Origin: Amoebophrya sp. A120
Taxonomy: Eukaryota; Protista; Dinoflagellata
DNA length: 64,000 nt
Assembly (NCBI GenBank): GCA_905178155.1
Contig: CAJINV010000003.1
Location: forward strand, 10,855,367 to 10,919,366
Direction of reading: 5' to 3'
The translations under genes were made by a program, and so were the position numbers. Positions 48,801 through 58,718 of the stretch are shown here, in pieces (within the stretch, counting starts at the first letter, position 1; every line of letters begins with the position of its first letter). The notes beneath the pieces were generated by a model. That model made no database searches. It saw nothing but the letters and a program-made list of their open reading frames with translations, and was not told the origin of the DNA.

Positions 48801-51800
48801 GCACACCAAGGCTGAAGGTGGAAAGGATTACGCAGGTGGGTTTCCCCTACGGGTGGCGGCTCACCGGAGACACCAGTCTGCTCACCTATTCCTGGTCGTA
48901 CCGGCTATGCCTCAGCGTCAGCGGAAACACCACGCAGGAACCTATTGGGACAAGTTTGAAATTTTACGTGTCCCCGCTAGAAAATGTATACAACTTTTAT
49001 TATATTGATTCACAGTCCTCTCGTCTTACACTTCTGATGTGGCGCTTTGAAAATATCTGGTTGCTAATACTTAATTGCTTCGTTGACTATTTCTGCTTCA
49101 AGTTGAAGTTGTTCGCATGGCTACGTACAAAATTGGGATGCTTCGTGCGGTGTTTTTATTTGCCATATAAATAAAACTACAAGATATCCACACAACGGAG
49201 TCGTGAGTTGGGTACCAGTTATTTTTCCAATATAACCAAACACAGGTGAACATGATGACCGTGTTGCCGCTCGAGTTCCTGATGTATCGGTTCACCTGTT
49301 TTGCCTGCGACACAAGCATGATCGCCTACATTAGTTACCAGTGCGACACGCAGGATGGGTTGAATCCGGTGTACCGGAAGGAGGGCTATTTCGATTTGTA
49401 CATATGCTCTGCAAAAGTATCGCACTGGCAGTAATTGCAGTCATGCATAAGAAATTTTTTTCTTAAGGTGTATCAGCATGACATCCGTTTCCCATGCTGG
49501 GCTAATTTGTCATGCGATTCAATATACTAGTAGGCGCGATACTTTTGCAATGCATAGCACACCTCGCAAAGCAACTTTCTGAAGCGAGACAAGGTCCTAT
49601 CAGAGCGCAAAACCACTCGGAGACGTCCCCCTCTGCTAGCATGAACGCCAGGGAAGGCAGAAGCTATACCAGGAGTGCAGAATTACACAAAGTTTGTGTG
49701 TGAAGAAGATAGGTTCTTCATGTTGCACCGACTGCAGATCTGTATGGATGCTCGTTGGTCATGCAAGAAGTGCTTCCAGAAGGCAACACCAGGATACAAC
49801 AGTAAATGTGGGGAGCCGGAACGTCGAGGAGTTGTGCACAGTCATAGGGCCGCGCCGAGCAACCGACCGAGTTCGATTGGGCCCTGGAGATCGATGCCGC
49901 GAACCCGCTTCCCGGCCTGCGTCTATCCTGAGTAATTAATAGCTGTTGTAGCCGCACTCCCAGGACATTGTGACAAATCCACGCTGGTATCATCCTGGTT
50001 AGGGCATGGACGACCCTCTCGCAAGACAGTAGAGAACGCCTCTCAACAACAACATTTGGAGCCGCTTGTATGAGACGCACACACGACATGATAACCCGGG
50101 AATCATGGAAATTTGTATGACGTCAGCATCTGGTGTGAGTACAACTACGTTATTTTTACACAGGATGGCTTCCCGGACGACACTACAGTTTATGTGTGTT
50201 GCAAAACGGTGAATTGGGAAACGCGGTGCCGAACATCTACACCACCCCGATTTTGAAGAAACCTCTGTGGAACTGGCGCCCGTCCAACTTCTCCAGCTCA
50301 ACCTTCACAGCCGCGATCGGAGACAATGTGTGGATCTACAATGAGCCGGAGCCTTTGTACATTCACCCGGGCGGGATGACGGTGTGTGCGTGGTTTCAAA
50401 TGACGCCTTTCGACTATCAGACCAAGACCAAACCCTTCTTCCCGCTGAATCCCATCATCGATGGCGAGCGGTACGGCATCAACATCATGGCCAACACGCT
50501 GGAGATATCTTTTGTAAAGACGACGCACCCGCCATCCCATAGTCAAGACGGGAATTATTCTGCAAGACAAATAAATCCAAAACTTGTATATGGGAGTCAT
50601 GCGTCGGCGACGTGACAAGCTTGGCTATAATGCTGCGTTGCCGTGCCAAGCTAGTCCGGACGCGTCGCAAGTCCGCTCTCTTTTCCTGCACTTCGACTTC
50701 GCCCGACAATTTTACTTACAGACATGACGTAGACTAGAAAAATGCCAGCCGGGTCGCGCGAGATGTTTTGCGCAAGCAGATTTGCATGACAATCCTGAGG
50801 GCGCGGCGGGGACGTCTTTACTCAGGACAGGAAATCAACTTCTTCGTGCGTGACGACATGATATGCGTTTGAAATATGTCTGGGCGGTCTGGAAAGATGC
50901 AGGCAATATGTCTTTTTCGTTTTTACTGATGGAAGCAGCTAGACCAGCGCATGGCAGCATCAAGTGCAGCTGCATTTGTTGATTTACTTCTCCGCCTCTT
51001 GGTTGCGAATTCATTTTCATTGGTGGTAATTCATGTATTTTACAGTTTTAATCGGGCTTGCAGCAGCTCAACCACTGGAAAACTCGCTTTTATTCCTCTG
51101 CATCTGTCAGAGATGTCTATTTTGCCTTCGAAATCTTGCATCTCTGACATTTTTGTAATTGCGGTTGATACCTGACGGAGGGCTACAAGAAGGGTATCAC
51201 GTGCGGCGTGACCACGGGCATCCATCATGTCTGCGGTGTGTGGCAGGCCACGAGGGAGAGCATCGGGCAGGGACGTTTTCTGTACTTCACAAGTTTGAAG
51301 ATTTTCCTCGACGGCCGCATTTGCAACGAGAAGCCGTACGAGGGAACCGGCGTGATAGAAAAGGACTGGGACTACCTGTACACCATGGTGGGCGCGGAAC
51401 GGCGCTACATGACGGAATTCGAAGGCAGCATCTGGGATGCCCGGGTCTACGATGAACCATTCCATGATCGCCTGATTTATTCCCTGAAAATTACTTAACC
51501 ATCCCCGTCCAGTTTGTCACGCTCACGCGAGACATGTTAGTAAGTAGTAAAGTCACGGCTTTGCAGTCATGCAAAAACTGTATGGGAGTGGTAAATTTTG
51601 AGGGAATAGGATTGAGCAGATTTACGAGGAAGGCTACGCCTACCCTGCGCTCTCGCAATCTCTCGTGCGCTCGAATGAAACAGACGTACTAGCTTTCATG
51701 CGGGTTTGTTATCACTGCGATTTCTAAGTTCGTTGCCACAACAGAAAAGGCCTTTCTTTCTCATGTTTCTGTTTCCTGTTGTGTTAGTAAGTAGATTTAT

Positions 51801-54800
51801 GGAATGAAGAATGAAGCGCCATGCTGCACGACTCCTCTAGTTTTGAAACGAACGTCGAAATTCAAAAATACAACAGATCTACTTTTATTGTTACGTACCC
51901 TGCCTGGGCAGCAAGGTGGTTCTTTCGACTGACTGCGATGATCTCGAGGATCCGAGCAAGCGCGGGGAATTCGGGTCGGTAACAACGCAGCGGGCTGGTG
52001 TAATGGACATTCTGCCCACGACACCGGGTGGCGTCTACATATCGCACCAAAAAGTGCTAACATTAGAGGACGGATTTCGTACCCAGTAATACATCAGGAT
52101 TCAGGAAAGGCGGCCAGCTTTGGATGAATTGCATGATATCATGCAAGCATTCTAGGAATTTTTTTGTCAATGCCCTAAAGATTAGTCGAAGCCGTTCTTT
52201 GCGCTAGCATTTTTTTTTGTTTGATACTGGAATTTATGTTTCAAGATTCAAGACCCGCCGATCAATTTTTCGCCGTACAATCCGAAGTACGGTGACACAG
52301 GGGTGCGCGTGTTCGTTCGTCCCAGGATTCATCTTGTGCAAGTTGTGAGTATTCAGGTTTCCAGTGCGCAGGTGATGGTGATTCAGGAGGCAACTTCGTT
52401 GTTTGCGTGCCAGCCCTTGCTGCCGGAAGAGGTAGGGGAGACGTTCCTGGTGTTACCCACCTGGATTCGGGAACGGGGCATCCTCGCGAGTGGTTGGACC
52501 CAACTCCCCGCGGAGAAAGCCCTGTCCGAGTATGGGGTCTCCTCCGACGTGCCGCTCTATCAGGGATTCGTTCCGTTGGACAAACTCACGCCAGACGTGG
52601 GCTACACGGTCTACTGCGCCGCGCACCTAAACGAGGACGAAATCTGGATCCGCCCGTTTCGAACACAGGTGGCTGCGATCTTTACAGCCAAACTGCGCAT
52701 TCACGACGTGCAGCAGGGCCATCTGCAGTATGGAATGCACAAAAACTACTACGTCCCCGCCGTCCCAGCTTCGTCATCGACAAATCTGCATGCCTGAAAT
52801 GTTTCTCATGCGCAGCCTGCCTATGAGGAGTGTTTTCTACCGCTAGCGTCAGGAGTTTTCGTTTTGGTGTCATGGCCTGAGTAGCATAATGTCATCGATT
52901 TCTGATCCAACTGCTTCCGCTTCGCTAAGCACGGCTACACTTCAACTAGGCCTCAAGTTGCAATCTGCAACAGTCAAACCTAAAACTTCTCGGCTTGTGC
53001 AACAGAGTGACACAGCAGCTGTCATCTTGGCTATGGGTGCTGGGGGATGTTTTTACAGACGATATGCAGTCGCCCTACCACAATGGCCTCGTTATTCGTG
53101 CGACGGCACAGGGTTCGACCTTTGTCCAGTGTCGACTCGTCGGGCCCAACCGGATTTACCTCGCGAACTCTCCAAGTGCGCGGGAAGGCGAAGCGCCCGA
53201 CGGCAGCACGCTCAACAGCACAGTACCGGGACAAACCATCTACAAAGGTGTAGTTTATTGCTCTTCTTGTTATTCTTGTGATGTTGTCGGTCGCGACGCT
53301 CTGCTCAACAAAGAAATGGAAAATGGTCAGAAGTAGTTGTCGTGGTTGATAACTCCTCTACTAAAATATGAAAATAATATAGAATTGTTGTTGTCGTGGT
53401 TGCAGTACTTGCACAAGTCCTTATGTATGGTCCTCCTCTGATGTACTAGTTCTAGTTCTCGTAGTTCTGTGATCCACAGCACACCAACAGGGCCATCGTG
53501 TTTCAAGTCGAGCGCCGTACCTCCCTACCAGCTGTCGGATTTCCTGTATCCGACGACGGGTCCCGAGAACGGGACTGCGGCTGGGTGCGGGTACAGCAAC
53601 CTCACCTACTGCCCGGACTACTGCAGCGTCGGGATCGACGGGTTGTACCCGGCCTCGGACTATGAGTTTGAGTGCTGGACCTTGTCCGTGCCCCACGAGC
53701 GCCTGAACGGCACCGGGCGCACCGCGGTGCCCCCGCTCGCGTGCGGCGGGTTTCTGTGCGTGGCCCTGGATTCCCTCACGGGAATGTTGACGGAATGGAA
53801 CGTGTCCGCCACCCGTTACCTGCCGACCGCCAGCAACTTTCCTCTCCGGACGGTGGACACAAACGGGCAGACCTCCTGTGGTGTGCTGGCCGCCGACGTG
53901 CGTGTGGACGTGCAGATGACCAACCACCACGTGGAGTGTGTGGGGGTGCAGGCAAGTTTGTTCCAGGACACCACCCAGCCGTTCTTCTCCGTCTCCCTCG
54001 GCGAGTTCCACAAGTGCAGCGTCAGCCGCGGCCTCATCGCCAGTTTGAAGTGCGCCGGTGATGTATCCAATCGAAAAGAGTAGTAGCCCCAGTGGTTGTA
54101 GTAGTTCCAGAACATCAAAAAACGTTTCTCTCGCGGCGAATTTTTCACATTCAAAGAAGAAGAGCCTCCCTTTGGGGGCTGCTTGCATGAAAGGATTGGG
54201 ACTCGCTCCTGGTGCGGGTCTTTCAGATTGTGGGCGCGCGAGCACATGATCCACGCGTGATTCCGTACATGACAAGCTCGAGTTCATCTTTCTTGGCCTT
54301 TTTGCAATGCAGTTTCTTATTGAAGAACCTCAACCTGCATCGAACTCGAAGGCGCGCACTTGTCCACCTCCTGCGGTGGCAACTGTTTCCAGGAGTAGTT
54401 GGTGGTATTGCAGCTACTACGGAAGTAGTGGTCGTGGTCGGGCCGAGTTCTGGACCGGCAACCAGGGGACTTGTTTTCATGTTGATATGACGACCGGTGG
54501 GGGCAGTTAGTCACGCTCCGTGGCGAGGAGCTGGTGACCAACTACCTAGACGTTTCGTGCGGCTGGACGCACTGCTGCGCACTGTCGACAACCTTTGCGC
54601 TCAAGTGCTGGGGCTACCTGCCCAGCGAGGTAGCCGCCCCCGCGGGGGAGGTGCGGTTTGTGCAGGTGTCCAGCGGCCGCGGCTACAGCTGTGGGGTACG
54701 CGCCGACGACCGGCGGGTGCAGTGCTGGGGCACGAACGAGTTCTATCCCAAGAAAATGAATGCGCTTACATGTTACAGTCATGCGTTAGCGTTCGGTGGA

Positions 54801-55729
54801 AATTCAGCATCGAAAAGTAAGAAAGTAGTTTCGCACCATGTAGTGTTGACAAAGAAAGGTTTTCATTGAGGATACTATCCTGATGATCTCTGAGTCTGAC
54901 TCTGCATGACAACGCATGAGACTTCTGGGCTCGCGTGCTTAATATCCGGCATGACAGACCTTGCCCGTCGTCTTGCCTAGTCTGCGAGAACGCATCAAGG
55001 CCCGGTGTTGTAACTGTAGTTGTCGTACCTTTTTTCTTTGCATTCGTTTGGGCAGTCCATTCCCAGCAACGCCACCCTGCGCGACCTCGCTTTCGAACGG
55101 GTTGCGTGCGGGGTTCACCACACGTGCGGGATTCTGCAAGGCAGCCGGAAGATATCACGGGAAAAAGTGTTAACGTTAACGGAATTTGTGATGCGGCAAC
55201 GCATCACAAAACGTGTCAGAATTTGTCATGCATAGCATGCATATTTATTGGGCTACATTTGTGATGCATGGCTGCCATCTGTGAAAACCGTTAACGTTAA
55301 CACTTTTCCTTGGGATAGAAGATCGCGTGCTGGGGCGCGTTTGAGCTGGGGCAGCTGGATTTGGGTGCGGAAGTGGAGCAGGACGAGTTCATTAATGTGG
55401 CGGTCGGTTCCTACCACGCGTGCGGATTGAACCTGCACGGGTTTGCGCGGTGCTGGGGCCCAGGGATTCGGGAGGACGCCCTGATTCAGAATTTTACGCA
55501 CCAGGCCCTACTGAAACAGGACCCGGACCGGACCTTCGACTACAATCTGACCGCTCTGCAGGAAGATTTCGTCTTCTACATACCGAGGGAGCGAAAGGCT
55601 TTGTCCTACAAAACGATCAACTTTTTGCCTTTGACGAGCAAGTTTGGGTTCGTGTCCGCCGGAAGCGGGGCGTCCGGGATCCCGAACAATTTTTCGATGT
55701 CCGACCCGGTATATCATAGGACCAGGTAG
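36806..55729 (+). CDS. Giant secreted/surface protein: many Cys-containing beta repeats, LamG/ConA-like domain, C-terminal RCC1/BLIP-II-like repeats
   Basis: Hydrophobic N-terminal segment (FIYLILCTVLVLGL). Recurring h-x-x-G-x-x-Y-x-h-C-x-D-x-DG...VYVSP unit and many NxS/T sites. LamG-like HHVCGVW..KIFLDG..FEGSIWDARVYD. Repeats VSCGWTHCCAL..CWG, VSSGRGYSCGV..CWG, VACGVHHTCGI..CWG, VAVGSYHACGL..CWG. More than 20 exons, several junctions unresolved, so it could be more than one gene. Confidence 0.72.
37004..37307. mobile_element. Probable inverted-repeat intron (in frame, no stop)
   Basis: TGCAA/CGCAG flanks, gcaaatat / atatttgc inverted repeat. Element+5 = 309 nt. Confidence 0.55.
37386..37808. 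mobile_element. Inverted-repeat intron related to 22064-22374
   Basis: tatggaagtgtctgggttgaaatt / aatttcgacctttgcgcttccata, GAAGG/GGAGG flanks. Also readable as GT-AG. Confidence 0.8.
38419..38738. mobile_element. Non-canonical inverted-repeat intron
   Basis: tatccagaaaaa..ccagca / tgctgg..tttttcctggaca, AGGTG/AATTG flanks, frame-consistent. Confidence 0.75.
40370..40637. mobile_element. Non-canonical inverted-repeat intron, family TATGCATYGCAAA
   Basis: CGGTG/CGGCA flanks, tgcaaaagtaaaa / ttttacttttgca, TTGTCATGCA at 40467. Confidence 0.82.
40520..40598 (+). repeat. ~75-bp dispersed repeat with (GAT)n tail, copy 1
   Basis: cgcccaccccccggggaggggatccttggcctgtggc..ccactacatgatga, near-identical to 44453-44527. 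Confidence 0.9.
41832..42118. mobile_element. Inverted-repeat intron, family TATGCATYGCAAA
   Basis: GGATG/GGACG flanks, tatgcattgcaaat / atttgcaaggcata, three GTCATG boxes. Also readable as GT-AG. Confidence 0.85.
44385..44707. mobile_element. Non-canonical inverted-repeat intron
   Basis: Perfect AGGAT direct repeats, TAC..ATA ends, acgtta..ctgtatacat / atgtatacag..taacgt. Removal gives ERRMRLLV. Confidence 0.82.
44453..44527 (+). repeat. ~75-bp dispersed repeat with (GAT)n tail, copy 2
   Basis: Near-identical to 40520-40598. Confidence 0.9.
46146..46535. mobile_element. Non-canonical inverted-repeat intron
   Basis: TCAGC/GCAAC flanks, tatccactgcaaatt / aatttgcgatgcata, frame-consistent. 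Confidence 0.75.
47066..47377. mobile_element. Inverted-repeat intron, family TATCAGAGTGCACAA
   Basis: Right end is the near-exact reverse complement of the left end of element 5023. GCGTG/GTGCG flanks. Confidence 0.82.
47414..47684. mobile_element. Non-canonical inverted-repeat intron
   Basis: GACGT/TACGT flanks. tatggagctctcaaacgttaca / tgtaacgcttgagcgcaccata. Removal gives CIDVDG. Confidence 0.88.
47857..48069. mobile_element. Non-canonical inverted-repeat intron
   Basis: Perfect TCTGG direct repeats, aatttcccgtacac / gtgcgggaaatt. Removal gives CPDLGCVDG. Confidence 0.8.
48472..48778. mobile_element. Non-canonical inverted-repeat intron
   Basis: Perfect TACAC direct repeats, aaaaacgt..cacctcag / ctgaggtg..acgttttt, TTGTCATGCA at 48514. 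Confidence 0.85.
49403..49556. mobile_element. Non-canonical inverted-repeat intron, family TATGCATYGCAAA
   Basis: GTACA/GCACA flanks. tatgctctgcaaaagtatcgc / gcgatacttttgcaatgcata. Confidence 0.88.
49598..49846. mobile_element. Non-canonical inverted-repeat intron, family TATCAGAGTGCACAA
   Basis: GGTCC/GGGCC flanks, tatcagagcgcaaaac / gagttgtgcacagtcata. Confidence 0.78.
49924..50167. mobile_element. Non-canonical inverted-repeat intron
   Basis: GCGTC/GCTTC flanks, tatcctgagtaa / ttacacaggatg. Removal gives LRPGRHYSLC. Confidence 0.8.
50506..50829. mobile_element. Non-canonical inverted-repeat intron
   Basis: GGAGA/GGAAA flanks, gtaaagacg / cgtctttac, TGCATGACAA at 50783. Confidence 0.78.
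50862..51170. mobile_element. Non-canonical TAT..ATA intron
   Basis: CATGA/CCTGA flanks, weak inverted repeat, frame restored into the LamG-like exon. Confidence 0.65.
51478..51608. mobile_element. Non-canonical inverted-repeat intron
   Basis: TGATT/GGATT flanks, tattccctgaaaatt / aattttgagggaata. Confidence 0.8.
55153..55317. mobile_element. Non-canonical inverted-repeat intron (near-complete foldback)
   Basis: Perfect GAAGA direct repeats. aaaagtgttaacgttaacgg / ccgttaacgttaacactttt, plus gcatcacaaa / tttgtgatgc. TTGTCATGCA at 55223 in the loop. Removal gives SRKIACWG. Confidence 0.92.
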
Positions 55730-57085
55730 TAGTAGAACGGGCTGGCTGATTTTAGGAGTCGCCGAAGCGGCCACGGAGTTGTCCTCATCTGCGACGGCGG
55801 ACTGCGACTGCGACGAGGGAAATAATTATATGGATACATAGACGTAAGAAATCAAATAATCTTGGAAGGAAACAACGCGAACCACCACTGACGAATTTAT
55901 CTAGAAAATATACAAAGAGGAACAGAGAGGCACAGACAGAAAATGGCTGTGCCAAGAAATCTTCAACTTTGCATAGCCCCTGCAGACACGACAGAAGTAG
56001 CAGCGCGGATCCGTGCTCTTTTCTTTGTAGCGCGAGACCGAAACAGACCTTTTTTGTACACGTCACGTATATTGGAGCAGAAGTCATTTTGATTTGAAAT
56101 TGCTATTTACCGCGAAGAGCCCGTGCACAAGCTGTATCTTGTTTTTTTTTCTTTCTTGCAACAAGCCACCGTAAAAATGAGGTAAAGGTGCACCTTTTTT
56201 CTTTTCCTAAGCTCACAGACGGATTCTCCCCTGGGCCCTAAGAACGGTCTAGTCTAGCATCTTTTTTCGAATCGGTTGTGTACAAGTAGATTTCTAGCGG
56301 AGGTGGACTAAATCACGAATCTCGTGCATCTTGTGCTGGAGTGTTTTCTATACAACTGCGATGAAACTCTTCGACTCTCCCGCCACGAGAGACTTATTGA
56401 TGACTCCAGTACGGGACCGCTAGCGATACTTTGGTATTAGCATCAGGATCAGATCATCGGCGACGATCACGCTCATCATCGCTATTCACGGCAGGTTTCA
56501 CCTTCCATGTTCTCCGAAGAGCAAGCATTTTGTGTGTATTGGTAGCAAGTGTGTTCTTGTGTTTGTGATTCTGGTGTGGCAAGGCATTGGCTATGAGATT
56601 GAAACAAAAGCGAAAGCGTCGGTGTAGTTCTTTTGCACGTCTAGAATCGAGGAGCGCAGCTGCAGAGTGGAGTTCGGATAGGAACATTATAGCGTGCTTT
56701 TCCCCTCCCTGCTGACACTCACCGGGGTGTTCTGGTTTCTGAGAGCATGTCCCTGAGTATGCTTCCCAGATTTATATGCCGCACTGACAAAGAACAAGCG
56801 AAGTACTGGAAGTCCCAATATCAATTCATTCCAAAAAGAAGTAGACATGTAAGAGCAAGAGCCTGTGACATGAGTATTTGTTACCTGACACCCCCGCTCC
56901 AGTTCCTATATGAAGATATTGCCCACGCTCAGGAAGTATTTCATTTATTGTGTATATTCAGCCACTCAAACTCAAAATTATTCAATTTCTTTTTCATATT
57001 TTGATTGTCTGCGCAGAGACAAAAAAACTTTTTTCTGGGCTACAGACCCACAGAACAAAGACTAGAAACAAAAAGGACAACAGGT

Positions 57086-58366
57086 ATGGCTTGCTTTGCG
57101 CCGAAGAAGGCTTGGCGAGACTTCGAGGAGGCTATCTTCGTTACGTGGCCCGGAATCTGCGAAGCCTTCGATACGTACGTTGGCCACGTGACGAATGCGC
57201 AGGAACAGGACGAGAATTACGGTGGGGCGAAGCAAGTATACCTGCGGAAGTGCGCAACGGAAAAAATTGCGGTGCACGAGAAGTTTGTGAATGGGAACAA
57301 AAGCTACGATCAGCTGCGGGTCCAGCTTTTCGAGTATCATGAAAAATTCTCGATTCACCATCACCGCGTTCGGCTGGCCATCGACCGCATGTACCTGGAA
57401 TTAGAGCTGCTCCCTCCGGGCAAGCGCGGCTGCGTCCCGCCGTGGAGCCGGCGGCGCATGGCCAACGTATTCTCCCAGCAGCAGGACTGGATGCAGGCTC
57501 TATATCACGGGTTGACGCTGCTGGAAACCACGCGGGCTGTGATGTGGAAACTGGTGGACCCCAACTGGACCGGCACCCGCGATTCTGCGGCAGAGAAGGA
57601 AAAATTGACTAACCTGTCGGCTTCGTTTCTTTCCTCGCCATCAAGACGCGGTGAACGACCGGGGTCGCCCTTCTCGGAAGCGCTTGCGGCCCTGGATAAC
57701 AACGAAAAAACGTTGCTCACGAGTGACATGCCGGGAATCACACACCCCGCCCTGAACGTGTTCGAGGTGGTATCCGAGCAGCGAATTATCGGTGACAACT
57801 ACACGAAGACGAAGGGGGGCGAATCGGTGCAGTCGGCCACCAAGATGCGTTTTTTTCAAACCACCGCCAGTGCCCGTGCGGGCGAGCTCGTGTTCCCGGT
57901 GCCGATGCTGCGCTGCACCCTGGGCGAGGCGGTGCTGCTGATCGCGGACGTGTTCCGGAAAATGCTGTGCACGTACCTGCAACTTCCCCCCACGGCCGCC
58001 GGGCGCTTGCAGCTTCCCGTCCTGGCCCCGGAAATTCTGAAGCAGAACCGCAGCCGCGGGGTCTTCGCCCAGGAGGAGGTTGTCACGCAGCTGTGTTTGA
58101 CCGCGTTGGCGCTGGCGCTCGTGCGCCTCAGTGTCAGCCAGCTGGCCACCTTGAAACAGCGGAACCCGGACAAGATCCAGCTCTACTACTCCTCCGCGTC
58201 GTCCGCCGTGTCCACCACCGTGCAGGATCTTTTAACGAAAAAGCAGGGACTCGTGAAGAGTGTGCTCGTCCTGGGCCCGGAGTGGGGCGCGGTAGAGGAG
58301 GGCGGAAAGTGGCTACGACAGAGCAACTACGCATTGGAAGCCCGTGCAGCGTCGTACTCGTACTAG
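57086..58366 (+). CDS. Hypothetical protein, apparently single exon
   Basis: Uninterrupted ~426-codon frame with the GC3-rich codon usage of neighbouring exons. No recognised domain. Confidence 0.7.
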   Translation: MACFAPKKAWRDFEEAIFVTWPGICEAFDTYVGHVTNAQEQDENYGGAKQVYLRKCATEKIAVHEKFVNGNKSYDQLRVQLFEYHEKFSIHHHRVRLAIDRMYLELELLPPGKRGCVPPWSRRRMANVFSQQQDWMQALYHGLTLLETTRAVMWKLVDPNWTGTRDSAAEKEKLTNLSASFLSSPSRRGERPGSPFSEALAALDNNEKTLLTSDMPGITHPALNVFEVVSEQRIIGDNYTKTKGGESVQSATKMRFFQTTASARAGELVFPVPMLRCTLGEAVLLIADVFRKMLCTYLQLPPTAAGRLQLPVLAPEILKQNRSRGVFAQEEVVTQLCLTALALALVRLSVSQLATLKQRNPDKIQLYYSSASSAVSTTVQDLLTKKQGLVKSVLVLGPEWGAVEEGGKWLRQSNYALEARAASYSY

Positions 58367-58718
58367 TCCATGATAGAATGAATTGGAGCAGGGTCATTTT
58401 ATATGGGCGACAACTTTTGATCTTGTAATTTTGTTGAACGTCGAGTAAAATAAATCACTGATCTGAAGTCATTCTTAGTGGAAGGAGGGAGTAGCACGCA
58501 GCAGCCTGTCAAAGGGCTCACTGCCAGCATTATCATCGTCATCGCTAAGCTTCGAAGATGGTGGCGGAATTATATCAGATATCTTTTATCTCAATGCATG
58601 AACCTCACATGGTACTCCACGGCATTATCGCCATCGCGCTTTATATATTTTTATTGTCATGACAATACTATGTTGCAATTCGTATGAGTGCGGTAATTTT
58701 GCACAGAATAGCAACAGT

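Noticed and set aside
4201-55729. Fragmented ORFs read as pseudogenes or frameshifts
   Set aside because: Breaks coincide with bounded introns, and removal restores frames with intact catalytic motifs.
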